A DNA stretch of 64,000 nucleotides from Podarcis bocagei (taxonomy: Eukaryota), in the NCBI GenBank assembly GCA_964188305.1, contig OZ076901.1; one strand, written 5' to 3'. The notes beneath the pieces were generated by a model. It ran no database searches and had not been told where the DNA came from. It worked only from the letters and a program-made list of their open reading frames with translations. The position numbers were made by a program, and so were the translations under genes. Position 1 is the stretch's first letter. Every line of letters begins with the position of its first letter. Positions 26,677-40,200 of this stretch are shown piece by piece.

Positions 26677-27150
26677 CATTTATTTTTATATTTCTTCTTT
26701 AAACCATTTGTGATTCACCTCAAGGCCTGCAAGACAAGTTACCATCTAAAATAAAATAGTATAGAAGCACAATACAAACTAAGCAGTGAAGACAAATAGC
26801 AGCAGCAGCAGCAAAATACAGCAAATAACAGATGAGGGGTTGGGGGAAATACAGTTGTTACTTGGTACCTAAAACATGATTTTAAAAAAAAAAAGTTGAT
26901 GCACTTGAAAGTGTATCACAAAAGCAAGGCACCAGCACAGAAAACACCCTGTCCCAAATCACCACCTGCCTGACCCGTGACAGTGAGGTGCCAGGAGCTG
27001 GACCTTAAGACAGTGGTCTCCAGGAACCAGCAGGTTCATATGGGAGGAAGCAGAGCTCCTTCAGGTACCCTTTAAGGAATTAGGCTTTAAAAAACAGTAG
27101 GAGAAGCACCTTGAACTGCACCCAGAAACCAACAGCAACCCAGTGGTAGT
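26677..27150 (-). mobile_element. Degenerate L2-like LINE fragment
   Basis: tttatttt 3' end; gcaccagcacagaaaacaccctgtccc and gcaccttgaactgcacccagaaacc tracts typical of reptile L2 remnants. Confidence 0.5.
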
Positions 27151-27629
27151 CTTGTAAGTATTGCCGATACATATTCAGTAGCTTGGACATTTTTCCTAGT
27201 CAGTCCCCCACAGTTCTTGGATGTTATCAACTGCAGATGTGGCCAAGTAATTACTCAAGAGGAGATGCACACTGGTAAACCAATCAAAGCTGATGAAAAG
27301 TGTTTCCTACCACTTGGGTGTCAACACCAGGACTAGATTTAATGGCAGATTTAACTGTGAACCAGTTTGGTATGGAGAAGTGTGACCCCTAGGCCACAAG
27401 ACTCTTTGGCACAGTGAAAGGATGGAACACCTGCTTTGCCACATCTTGTTCTGTGTTGACAGAGCACACCTGACTGCCAAACAATTTTCGGGGTGAATCT
27501 CTCTCACACACAAAAATGATGTCATGATACAATGACACAAATACGATGCTTCTCTTAAATTCGCACAGCAAAGAACAAAGGAAGTGATGGCCAGGATGCT
27601 TAAAAGAGGAGAAAATGAAATTCCACTGA

Positions 27630-27768
27630 GGAAGCTGCCTTATACCACTGGTCCATCTAGCTTAGTACTGTTTACACTGCCTGGGTTTCAGACTCTCCCA
27701 GCCCTACCTGCCGATTGAACCAGCAGCCTTCTGCATGCAAGGCAGGTGCTCTGAGCTATGGCCCTTCC
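27630..27768 (-). mobile_element. Degenerate tRNA-derived SINE (Squam3-like)
   Basis: Reverse complement reads ggaagggccatagctcagagcacctgccttgcatgcagaagg...ggttcaatc (A/B-box-like). Confidence 0.6.
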
Positions 27769-29736
27769 TGAAGAGAGTCCTTTCCCAGGCTGCGACAGAG
27801 CTCTCAAACAGAAAGATTAAAACAAAAAATATGTCCGTCACAGCAATGACCCCAGACAGTATCTTGAGGGTGTTTACCGAAAAGACAATAAAAAACCGCT
27901 CTCAATATATCTTCACGCATGTAACAAAGTGACATACAGAAAAGCACCTGCCACCACTGGCTCCCAAGGAAGTTCCTGCCCCAGGTAGAATGCGAGGCTC
28001 AAGCGAAGAGTCAGGCTTTGCCAGACAGGGCGCCCTTCTTGTGGGCCAATTTACATAAGAATCCTGCTGTCCATCTGCCACAATTTAACTTTAAATCCAT
28101 TAGGCAGTGACTGAAGCTCACCTGCTAACAGGCACGGGGAAATTTGCCCCATTCAAAAACCTCCCATACTTACACTTGGTCTGAGTCTAGAAGGGAGCAA
28201 GATGCCCACCTTCTCGGAAACAGAAACTGCATTGGGAGAAATGGAAACTAGTCCAGATGCAACAGGAGTAATTCAGACAAGACAAAGTGAAAGTGCTTGT
28301 ACATAAGGATTTTGGTGGGTGCATCTGCCTTATCTCAGAGCTCAAAGGCTGCCCACCATGATAACACCCACCACTAATTATTTCAGCCCAGGTTTCTCCT
28401 GTTCTCTTGGCAGTTTGTTACCTTTTCTCCACGGAAAACCTTTGAGTCACAGGAGCAGCTGAGAAGTGCCCAGAGGGCAGGGGCATCCATATTTCTCTCC
28501 CTCCCTTGTGAGTGCAAAGGCATGAGCAGCAAAGGGAATCCCTGCAGCGGCCAAGTCATATCCACACACAACATGTTGCCAACAGCAGCCTCCACATCAC
28601 TTGCATACAGAGAAGAACTAGCCGGCTTTGCTTTATGAGCTTGGGGGCTGCAGAGAGTGCAGCACAGCAGCCCATCCTGACAGGGGCCTTGAGTGCTGAG
28701 TGGAGCCACACACTGCAGAAACATGGGCTGAAGGAGACAGGCCAGGTCCACAGAAATTTTGCACAGGTGCAGGAAATCCGCATCCAGATGAGGACTGGCC
28801 CCAGGAAGGTGCCAGCAAGGCTGTTTTACTGTGGAGCTTGCTTCAGAAGGGGAAGGGGAAGATAACACCTGCCCCTGTTCTTTCCTGACCTTTGGCCATG
28901 CTGGCTGTGGCTGATAGGAGTTGGGGGACCAACATCATCTGGACGGCACCACATTGGCTTCCCTTGTTGTACAGCTCAAAATAACCCCAGGTGGAATCAC
29001 CAGCATGGCTGGGGGTTTTTTATGCGACAGGCCATCAAGAACTCCCACATTCCAAGCAAAAGTCAGCTGGTTGGTTGGATGGATGTAGATTTACCTCCAG
29101 AATTTCAAGCACTGAACTCTTGGAGATTAAAACTACCACAGGAAGTGGGGCAGCTGGAAGTAAAGATAACAGAAGCCATGAGCTGCTCAAGTCCCTCCCT
29201 CTTCACTGCTCTGTCAAGACTGCTCATTTCCAACCAACCAAAATGTCACAACTGATAGCATACTCTCTTCGTCTACGATAGAAAGTGCATTTCAGCTCCC
29301 AAGTAAATTCTAAGTGCATTTCATAAAAATAGGGAGCTGAATCCTGGAATGCTGGTTTTTAAAAAACAGACCAACCATCGACTACTTAATATTGCAGTGT
29401 ATTGCCTGGGCCCTAAAATAACCCCTAGGAAAAGGAAGCAGCAGCAGGCCTCAGGAATACGTGCCCCCTGCCCTGTGCTAGGCCACTGGAAGGTGGATCC
29501 TCTTGGGAAAGCTACAATTAGTCAAGGTTCTTTAGTTGCTGAAGGTAGGCACAGCCTTGTTCCAGCTTCCTGGGACAGCAATAGAACTATTTATTTCCTA
29601 GGAAATGATGCTCTGGGCTGCTCAAACTCACATGCCCATCTGTGTTTCTAGCCTTCTTCAGAGAGAGGCCTGTTTCTAAGGCAGAGGAAGGAGGTTCCCT
29701 CCTCACAGACCCCGCTGCAGGGGCACGTGGCACAGT

Positions 29737-29838
29737 TCAAAAGTCACACGGTGGTTTCTCATCACAGAGCTGCTCCTGCATCCTGCTGACTCCGTCCCAG
29801 GCCAGGTCCTTCTCTGCTAACATTCTCCTTGGTTGAAT
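29737..29838 (-). CDS. INPP5K: INPP5K last coding exon ([33 protein letters not shown])
   Basis: Acceptor ctcctttcag; phase 0; TGA at 29737-29739; candidate AATAAA at 29590-29595. Confidence 0.85.
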   Translation of the reverse strand: MQPRRMLAEKDLAWDGVSRMQEQLCDEKPPCDF

Positions 29839-32800
29839 CTGAAAGGAGAGATCAGTCTCTGTTTTTGTTTCTTATTATTTATTACAGTTCTCTCCCACCT
29901 TTCCTTTAAGGAGCTCAGGGCGGCATATATGGTTCTCTTCCCCTCTCTATTTTGTCCTCACAACAATCCTCTGAGGTAGGCTAGGTAATCCAAAGAGGAG
30001 AACCATTTCCCCAGGTGAGTCCAGGAACATAGGGAAGAGCTCCCTGGGAGTTCTAGGAACATGGCTTGTATTGAGTCAGCCCATCAGTCCCATACCTGAA
30101 AGGGCGGACTGATGCCAACCAGGGATTGCATTGTGTTGCTGTAATAACCCAGGAGAAACTCTCCTCCCGTTGCTGGAAGCTCCTCAGCACTGAGATAGAC
30201 CTGGGGAAAATAAAGCAAAGGCAGTCAGCATTCAGCAAAACATCTGGAACGAAGCAGCCAGCAGTGATCACCTCAGGCTACTTCCCCCTCACCTGCTTGG
30301 CATCCTCCTCAGAGGAAATCTCGTTGTCTTGCACCCAGGCGTACATCACATAGTCATTTGCATGCTTGAAGGTCACCTGCAAGGGGAAAGAGCTGCCTTG
30401 AGCACAACTTGGTTGTCAGGGGAGTGAACACCTGTCTAATATGTGAGAGCTATTTGCTCTGGGTAGCTAAGGAAATGGGAGGCAAACTCTGAACTGTTTC
30501 ACACTTCAGTATTGCTAAGAGTGATACAAGGTTTCAGAAATGAGGAAATATGACAACAAAACCAAGATTAAGCCAAGGCCACACAATGATTTATCACAAA
30601 GTTTGTAACCTTTTCTCTAAGGAAATTATGGCAACACATGTGGTATTTAGAGGCTTAGACAAGAACAGAAGAACTGGCCTAAATAATCCAAAAGATCCCC
30701 ATACCAAAGACCAAGTCTCTCATCCGTCTCCTGGCTTTTGACAGCTTCCATCAAAACGAGAATTTTCAGGCGCAAGGAGGTTTGCCGCTCACGAGCCTCC
30801 TCTTGTCTCTGAGCCTTGCCTTTGTTTCTGGGCCAGGGTCTGCAGCCTGTTCTTTCCCCCAAGGGAACCAGACCCTTTGCTCAGGTCACTCAGTGCCCTC
30901 CCACCCTGATACCTCGGCTTCACACAACCCACCACTGCCTCCTTTTAGTCATCCTTGGCTGCAGGATGCCAAAATTCCTCTTGGAACTGCGGGCACTCTG
31001 GGCAGGAGGAAATCTCTGACACTGTCAGGAGGGACCAGGAGAACCTCTCCTTCACAAGGAGAAAATGGCACAGTTTTTCTCATGACCACAGCACACCTCA
31101 CCCTCAAAGGAGCAGAGGAAATGGAAGCCAGGCCATTGGTATGTTGGCTCTGTGCTGTCTACAACAGGCATCTCCAACCTGCGGCCCTCCAGATGTTTTG
31201 GCCTACAACTCCCATGATCCCTAGCTAACAGGACCAGTGGTCAGGGATGATGGGAATTGTAGTCCAAAACATCTGGAGGGCCGAAGGTTGGGGGTGCCTG
31301 GCCTACACTGCAACAGCTCTCCAGGGTTTCAGGCAGGGGTCTTTCCCAGTTCAAGAGGCCAGGAATTCAACTGAGGACTCTTCTGCATGTCTCTGTGGTT
31401 GAGCTACTATCCTTCCCCCCTCAGTACACATCTGTGGCAATGTCACCTTGTAGAGACCAATCCAATCCCAGGCACTGCTTGGGAATTCAGGAGCTGTGGA
31501 GTAGCGGACGGTGGCATCTTGCTCAGCATCCCAGTTGCCCACAGGATGAAGCCTGACCAGTGGGACAGGTAGCAGAGGCTTCATCTGGAAGAAAGGAAAG
31601 AAGCTGAATCCCATAGCCACCCATTCAACAGCAGTCAAAGGCCACTCTTCATGCTCCCAACTCTGAAAACGTTAATAATCCTCAAGTGCTGCCACTTAAA
31701 GGTAAAGGGACCCCTGACCATTAGGTCCAGTCGTGGCCGACTCTGGGATTGCGGCACTCATCTCACTTTATTGGCCAAGGGAGCTGGCGTACAGCTTCCA
31801 GGTCATGTGGCCAGCATGACTAAGCCGCTTCTGGTAAACCAGAGCAGCGCACGGAAACGCCGTTTACCTTCCCGCCGGAGCGGTACCTTGCACTTTGACT
31901 TGCACTTTGAGGTGCTTTCGAACTGCTAGGTTGGCAGGAGCAGGGACCGAGCAACGGGAGCTCACCCCGTCGCGGGGATTCGAACCGGCGACCTTCTGAT
32001 TGCAAGTCCTAGGCTCTGTGGTTTAACCCACAGCGCCACCCGCATCCCGTGCTGCCACTTAAGCTATCCTAAAAAGGTTGTAGAGTGACCCTCAAAAAAA
32101 ATTTGGGGGGTGCGGCAGCTTCACAGGAGACCTTCCCAAATCAGTAGGCTGACGCAGTTACAGTTTGCAAGCACCTACACAAGAGAGGAGTTTAAACGGG
32201 CCTGGAAATCAAAGGCAGAGTCAATCCTGTTTATCTACTTAGGGTGCAAGGGCTCTCTCTCCACCAACCATAAGTTGGTTCGTGATCTGTCTTTGAGACA
32301 CAGAGCAGGACTGCAAAGCGTCCATCAGAAAATACACCTTGGGTAGCTGGAAAGCTTGCAAAGCCTTCCCAGGACTTCTGTAGCTGGGCTTCATCTGCCC
32401 AGCCATTTCTCTGATGGAAGGGACCGGAGTCGTGGCCAGGTTCCCTTTTCCAAGAGCCAATTCTGCACTCAGGGAGAGGAGAACATTACCTCAAGTAAAA
32501 AGGTCCCGGTGACAGGTTTGTGGTCGCTGATGCCGTAACTCATGTGGCTGATGTAGCTGTGCAGGGACACAGAAATGGCCTCCTCTTCTGGCATCTCTCC
32601 TGCCTCTGAGGCCAACTGCAAAAGGTGCTTCACCCTCCAGAGGATCCGGTCCGTCCACGCAGGCTTCCGCTTCTTCCCACTGCAAAAGGGGAGGCAGTGA
32701 GGACACACCAACGAAGCAAAGCTGCTATCCATGGTGGCAGCAGCAGAGGCATTATGGGGACAAAGCAAACCAGTGCATACACTGCCCCCCACCGCCTTCA

Positions 32801-34211
32801 TTTTATAGCTCAATCAAACAACGTCTATCTGGACGTTAGCAGATCTAAAAGAAAGGCAGACGAAGAAGAAGGGAGGTTAATCAACTTCGTATCAGAAAAC
32901 AACACGAACTAGCAGCAACCAAGTGTTAGCCAGGTTGCATCAGCTACATTTACAGTGGCCCACGTGGTAAGTCATGAGACCATCAAGTGCTCAGGAGAGG
33001 TTTGCCCACATTGAAGTTTGTGCCACCTGCATTTCTGGCCCTGAGTGAAATGGTCATAACCCCAGGAGACAAATACAGCCTGGGCTGCCTGGTCATTCTC
33101 AGAGGACTCAGAGCATGAGGCTTTTAATCTCAGGGTCATGGATTTGAGCCCCACTTTGGGCAAAGGATTCCTGCACTGCAAGGGGGTGGGCTAGATGGCC
33201 CTTCAGATCCCTTCCAACTCTATAATTCTACGATAGAAAGATGTGGGAAGAAGACAGTTTGCTCGGCAGCACTAAACTCTTATTGCCACCGGAGTTACCA
33301 GTAGCTTAAGATCTGACCTGTTCACTCCATTCCCCACCGGGGTCTCTTTGAAGGGATTAAGCTACCCAAGGGGCAGCTGAGCAACCTACGAATTCTGTTT
33401 TAAGCTGCTGAGCTGACTAAATAGCAGCCAGCAGAGCCCTTTTGTGCCTTGTGGAAGCAAGTGCAGCAGAAGCACTTCCTATCCTGACTTCTGAGGAGCC
33501 CCAGCAGGCAGGCGAGAAAGCAAACCTAGTGAGCCAACAAAACTGAATCTGCAAGGGCTATCATGCTGGAGAACAGCTGCTTCCTTCATCCCCATTGATC
33601 ACTGTGGGGGAAACTCTCCGTTGCACCCAGATGCAAGAGGCTCTTTTTTATTTCAGGTCCATCACGCCAATTAGCAGGTTAGGATCAAGCCTCCAGCAGC
33701 TGGAGAGAATAGAGCAGCAACAGTTTGAAATGCTAATAGCCTAATAGTCTAAAATGCTGAAGATTTGGAAAGGAGGGCATCAAAATCTCCTTACTTAAAC
33801 CAAAGGAGCGTCTTCTGCCCCCTGAAATAGAAACAGACATTAGTGCAAAAATCCCAAACACCAATTCCACTGGAGCTCTTTTGGAGGACTGGGCCAAGAC
33901 ACTGATGAAGCTCTCTCCTTCCCCAAACTGCCTCCCGCTTTCTTCTGCTTATTCACCTTCACCAGCCTGGTCATACATCCACGATGTGTGTGTTGTGGGG
34001 GTAACCAGCATTTACCTGGTGTCATAGTCATTTGAGTACAGGTCAAACTTGTAGGTGGGTTTGAACTTCAGGGGCCCCTCCATGAATTCTTGAAGAATGG
34101 GTTCCTTCTTCTTAGCTATGTTAAGCTGCATAAATAAAAAGAAAGGAATAACAGAAACGCAAAGCAGCAACGAGGCCCAACTAAAAGAATATGCAGCCTC
34201 CTCTTCGAGGC

Positions 34212-34274
<63 letters not shown>

Positions 34275-37200
34275 TCCTTCCTTCCTTCCGGAAAGGAGAT
34301 CCACATGAAGGTCATTTTACTCCACAGAAATTGATATGGAATGGGACAGGCAAGTTTCACAACTTCCCAGGAGGAAATTTAGAGCCAATTGTGAAATAGA
34401 TATGGACCAGGAATAAGGCAAAAAATTATGGGAACAAAATGAAAATATTCACAGATTTGTTGCCAAGTGACATTTGGGGGGTGAGTCATGGGTGGGTGGA
34501 ATGGGCAGGAGAAATTGTAGGGTCTTCCATCAGGGGAAGCCAGAAGAGAGAAGAAAGCAGAAGATCCTGGTGGTGGCACCTGCACAGGGATGGAGAACAG
34601 AACTTGGAGGTAGTACCTGGTCCTTTTCCCACAAAAGGCTGAATCGGCTGTTATTGATTGATTCTCGAATGAAATGCAGGCCGTAATCTTCAATCCGGAA
34701 GTTCAAGTCACCAAACCAGAAGAGAACGCTTCATAGAGAAGAAACGAGAAATAACGGCTTAAGAAAAAACAGGAGAAAGCTGCAAGGCAGACGTCAGACA
34801 TAGCAGATTCATCCGCACATGTCATCTCAGGAGCACATTTACTCTGTAGTTCTCCATTATCTTTCACCACTGTGCAAAGTTATCTGTCCTCTTGCTCGCT
34901 TTGAACTGCATGGTTTTTTCCCATTAGGAAGCATCACTTAGTCTTGAAAGTGACAAGGTGCGGAGGGGGGGGGGGCGGAGTCAGGCTCACTACTTACAGT
35001 GGCTCCCAAAAGAGCTGCCAGAACAATGCTCAAAATGGTCCTCCCTCTCTGGTCCAGGCACCTTACCCCCCTCCCTTCGCAGAACCAGGTGCTTCAGAGC
35101 AAAAGGGAAGACTTCCAAGCTTGGGAGTGAGACCAAGGGCTGTTCTGCTTGAGGACCTCCTCTTCTTCCAGGAATTTTGTTCCCTTGAACGGACTTCTGT
35201 GGAGCTCTGAATAAACCCTAAACTACAAAATTCCACAACCACTATCTCTTTTTAGGAGTTGGGCAAAAAAATTGTTATTTAGCTGGGAATTTGGAGTGCC
35301 AATTAAGTTTGTGGCCTTCTGCTCAGCTTTTTATTAGGATAAGTTGAATTGAATCCACATTTTATGGATGAGCATTTTAGATTGTTTTTAATGTTCATTT
35401 TTGTAAACCACTTTGAGTTGCTTTTGTGGAAACAGCAACAAATTAATCACCACCACCACCACCTTCATGAAATAACCCTCTTCCGGATGCTCTCACTTTG
35501 GGTTCAAAGCTATCAGAGAGGCTCCCTAAACTAAATGGACAATGACATATGTAGCAGAGGCCAAGCCAAGCTGGATCCTCTTTTCCTAGAAGCAAGACAG
35601 CAGGGCAGCCTCGACCAGATTCAGTTGCCACTCACTCGTGATCCAGGACGTTGGGAATCTTTTCGCCTTCAAACTGCTGCATCTCCAAGATGCGCTCAAA
35701 GTCATCCAACCGCTGTCCTGCATTCTCCATGTGGGCTGGCAAGTGGCAGTTCAGGAAACAGACGGTATGTCCATAGACAGACATGCGAGTGGTGACACCC
35801 CCCTTGTTTCCCTACAAGACATAAGAAGCCAAGGCACGGACGGATCAGGTCCCCCAGATCACACAACAGCAGCGCTTGAGGCTGTTTTGGGACTTGTTTC
35901 CATTGAACTTGTTTCCATTTCCAGGTACATTTCAGAAGCAACACCTACCATTCATAAATATCAAACAGTGCTATTTTTCTAGAAAAAGAGGTGTCGGAAC
36001 TTTTCAGGAATACCTCCTTTGTTCTCTTATAATGGCAACGGCGCCCACCTGAGATGTGTCGGAACTGAGTTCTGGTGAGTTTCAGCTAAAAAAAGCCCTG
36101 GTCAATCCCAAACTTGTTTGAAGACAAGAAAGGGACTGGAATCCTCAAGACAACAGAGAAGTAAGCCACCATGAGTGTTAAATAGGTAGCCAGGAATCAG
36201 ACTGTACTTTGGGTACAGAAGTGAGGAGCAAATTTGCTAGCACCAGGGATGGCAGCACTTTTTGCTCTGATGTGGTCCAATCCTGCATCAATCATACAGA
36301 TTATTCTCTGTCGCCCTTGACAAGTTTATAACTTCAGACAAAATGTTTTAAAACTTTACTAAAAGGAGTAAAATTCTATACGTTCTTTTATTCCTCACCG
36401 AAGCCACCGCTGACAACATGCAGAAGCCAATTTGTTGCAATTTGAAAAAGCCATTAAAAGGTCTGGGAAACACGGTGAGCTGCTTACCCAATATCCGTAG
36501 AGACCCGTGCGAGTGAACTGGCTCTGAATGTCCCGTATGAAGGGGACGTGAGGCTGCTTTGCAAAGACCAGCAGGAGGAGACCCTGCATGCGTATGGAAG
36601 AGACCTGCGAGCGGAAGAGAACTTTAAAAAACAAACACTAGCGACCCCCCAGAAAAGGTTAGGATGCCCCAGGAAATCCCAGGCCTGGGAAGGGAGTCCA
36701 AACACTGCTCAGTTGGCTAAAGAAAGGCGACTGCATCTCCCCTGAGGGCCAAGGAAAGCTTCTGCTTCCTCCATTCTTGATGGAATTTGAGATAAATGGA
36801 AGACAGGCAGTATCAAGAATCTCTTCCTGCCCAGCCCTGATAAAGGCACCGGGGAGCATCTGACCAAAGCCAGTGCAATGCTCAACAGAACTCTGACCGT
36901 GGAGTAGTGTCTGAGGACCAAGCACAGGAAACATCAAAACTGTAGCCTTGTCTTATTTAATTTAATGCACAGCCACTGCAATTCTAGGTGGTTGGTAGGC
37001 CTTTTGGAATCAAACCAGACTAGACCATTCTTGAAATCAAAAGAACATAAGAAGGTCCTTCAGCAACTGGATGGGCCAAAGGGGTCCTCTAGCCCACTGC
37101 CCTGTTTCCCATAGTGGCCAACCTGCTCCCCATAAGCAGGACCTGAAAACAGCAGAAATACTCTCCACGCTTGTAATTCACCGTATTCAGAGGCACTTGT

Positions 37201-40200
37201 TGCCTCCAGACCAGTGGAGGGAGCACAGAGCCACTGTGACTACATTACTTCTTGCATCGGAGACAATTCTAGAACACTTAATTCCAAAAGCCAGCCTTGA
37301 ATGGTTTCTGCTTTGGCGAGTCCCTGGGAGGAGTGGGCAGTCACTGAGAATGCCTCCCCAACGTGCCCTCCCTATGCTGAATGCAAACTCTGGAACACCT
37401 GCAGCAGATCTATGACTGTCTGCTGGTCAGGAAGGAGGCAGGGCCACGGCCAAATGACAGAGAGAATATTCATCAGGAGAATGTAAGCCAGAGACCACCA
37501 ATAGACAAATCAACATGATTACCTTGACATAGCGCAGAGGAGAAAGAACATTCATGAAGAAAATACTCCAAGGATCATCAAAGGCCATGTCGGATAGGAA
37601 ATTCACAATCTTGGAGTTCACCTCCTGTAAACTGAACAGTCCAGGGTTAACCCAGGTAATCTTACATCTCATTTTGACAAAAAGTACCCAGACCTATTGG
37701 GAACCACTAAGAGCAGGAGCGGCTGCTGCCTCTCTGCTGTCCAATAAAATGTTTGTTAATCTTTTAACCCATCGCCTGCATCCACATGAAAGCAGAGGAA
37801 GGGAGGGTGCATCACTACACAGTGGCACAATTCTGGATACCATCTTAGCACACTGAGTACTGACTTTTTTTTAATAATATTTTTTATTGGTTTTACAAAA
37901 ATTTTATGAACAATACAAATAGAAAAACAAACAAACATGTATAATTTCCTCTCCTTTTTTCATAAACCTCACTTCTCTGACTCCCCCAAACCTCCCCTTT
38001 CTACATCCCAATTTCCGGAATTGTTTCAGCAAATCCTAAACTTAATTTTATCAAATTTATCCCTTATTGTTCTTTTCTTTTACTTAATCTTTTGTCGCTG
38101 CAATCTCCTTTTCTTACAAAAACCCCAACATTTTAACATTCATCAATTTTGTAGTATTTCTTGAGAATACTCTGGTTTCTCTTCAGATCGTATAAATCTT
38201 TCGCACTGAGTACTGACTACTCAGTACTACTCAGTGAAATCACACACCAAGAGCATTCTTTCTTGAAATCCACACAATCCTGAATGGCTGCCCCTTTTCT
38301 TGAATGAGATCGCTCACCTGTGCCACATTCCCCCTATGTCCAGAGACCTGCAGAGACCTTCTGCAAAAGATCTCAAGAAGCACCATGCTCTTGAAGGCCG
38401 CCCCCTCGCTTCTGCAAATGGCATGACCAGGATGATATCCCCAAGAAGAGCCCCAGCTCTAGTTCCCAAAATACCTACCCAATGACATACATGTCCATTT
38501 CCTGGTCTTGCAAGTTGAGCTGCAGCAAAGAGGTGACATCAGGAGGGGGAGAAGCTGTGCCCACGTTCCAAGTCACCAAGTGCAACCTTCAGAGACAGAC
38601 AAAAGGCAGTGCAGCTGAAGTACAAACAGGTGGGGACAGGCTACCTCATCATCCCATTTATCTCTCCCCTCCTCGTGCCTTATTATCTGTAATCCTGCCC
38701 TAAAAACACCAAAGCCCCGCTGGAGAGAGCCTGTCTGCCTGGGAAGGGCACCTGATCCCTAGAAGCTTCTGCTTCTGCATCTTCCCACAGATCAGAAAAG
38801 CCTCGTCGATGGTGTGTGAGACTTCCTCGTGGATCTCGTCATCGGAGCTGACGTCCTCCACGCAAGCCATGAGCTGTGCCACTCGCTGCCGCAGCTGCAG
38901 CCGCCCGCTGGAGCCCGTGCTGCTCACACTGGCCGAGCGGCTGCGCAAGGCAGAGGGGGTGCCCTCCAGGTCCAGCAAGGAGACGGAGAGCAAGTCCTGA
39001 AGCGGCTCTTCAGGCTGCAAAGATGCCATGGGGCCAGAAGGAGAGGGGCATGCCCCACTCCCCACCCAAGGCGCCCCCCAGCCAGAGAAGGGTCAATGTA
39101 GGCAGAATTAAGCCTTGCTTCTGGCACAAGCTAAGCAAGGAAGCCGTCAACCGCACCAGAAGGCAACTCTGAGGCAGGAAGGGACGTCCTCTTCCCCTCC
39201 TTGCAAGCCCTCAAGGTGCACCCCCCAAACCCATGCCACGCGCCAAGATTTAATGCTACTGGAGCCTGGAGATTTATGAAAAGCTATTGTTAACTGAGGC
39301 CAATCACATGTTTCTGCCACTGTGTCATGGAGGTATAATCACTGGTTTTGAGGCACGTGCCCCACATGGAGGGATTGCCAAGCCAGGGACAAAATCTGAC
39401 AAGTGACCCCCTCAGGAGGCTTTTATTAACACAGCTTCTGGCTAGGAAGGGGTTTGGGGGTTCAGAGGTGGCTGTTGGAGCTTAGCTTGTGGTCAGAGAA
39501 GTGTGGGGAAGGGAAAACATATTTGGCCTGTTTCCCCACCCAAGTCAGCCCTCCACATGGCACAGGATGTAGCCCAGAGACAGGTGGCCTTCCAAAGGCT
39601 GCCAGACTACAGCTCCCATCACCCCTGAGCACTGACTCCGCTGCTTGCTGGGAACTAGAGCCTAACATCTACTGGAGGTTCCCCGTAAATACAGGAGCTG
39701 CAAAGGCAGAAAGCGGATGTGCCGCGCAGGGCCGCGGTTAGGAAGACCTGGCTGGGACTTAAGCGGAAGCCCGGAGTCGCCTGCCAAGCGCAAGACCCGC
39801 GTCCCGCGGGAGGAGGGAGAAGCGCCACCGGCAGGCAGCCCGGCAGCCCCCGATCCTGGGCGTGTTCCCGGCCGCCTGCCTGCCTTTCCGCGGGCGCACC
39901 TGATCACCGCCCCCGGAGGATGTGGCAAGTGCGGACAGGAGAGCCCCTTTGGCAGCAGGCGCAGCACCTGCTGAATAAGCGGCCCACGAAGGACTCAAAT
40001 CCCAGCCAGTGCTTTGCAAGCCGAAATCGGCTTTCGCGCTTCCCGCGGCGATTAGCATAACTCCCGCTCCGGAGCCGCATCCGGGGGCTTTGCTGTAAGA
40101 AGGAGCGCCTGTCTGCGGGCGGAGGCCGGTCACGGGGCCCCGAAATCCTTCGGGAGGGGTTGCTGCCTCCTCGCGGGAAACCCCAAGGGGGCGGAAGAGC

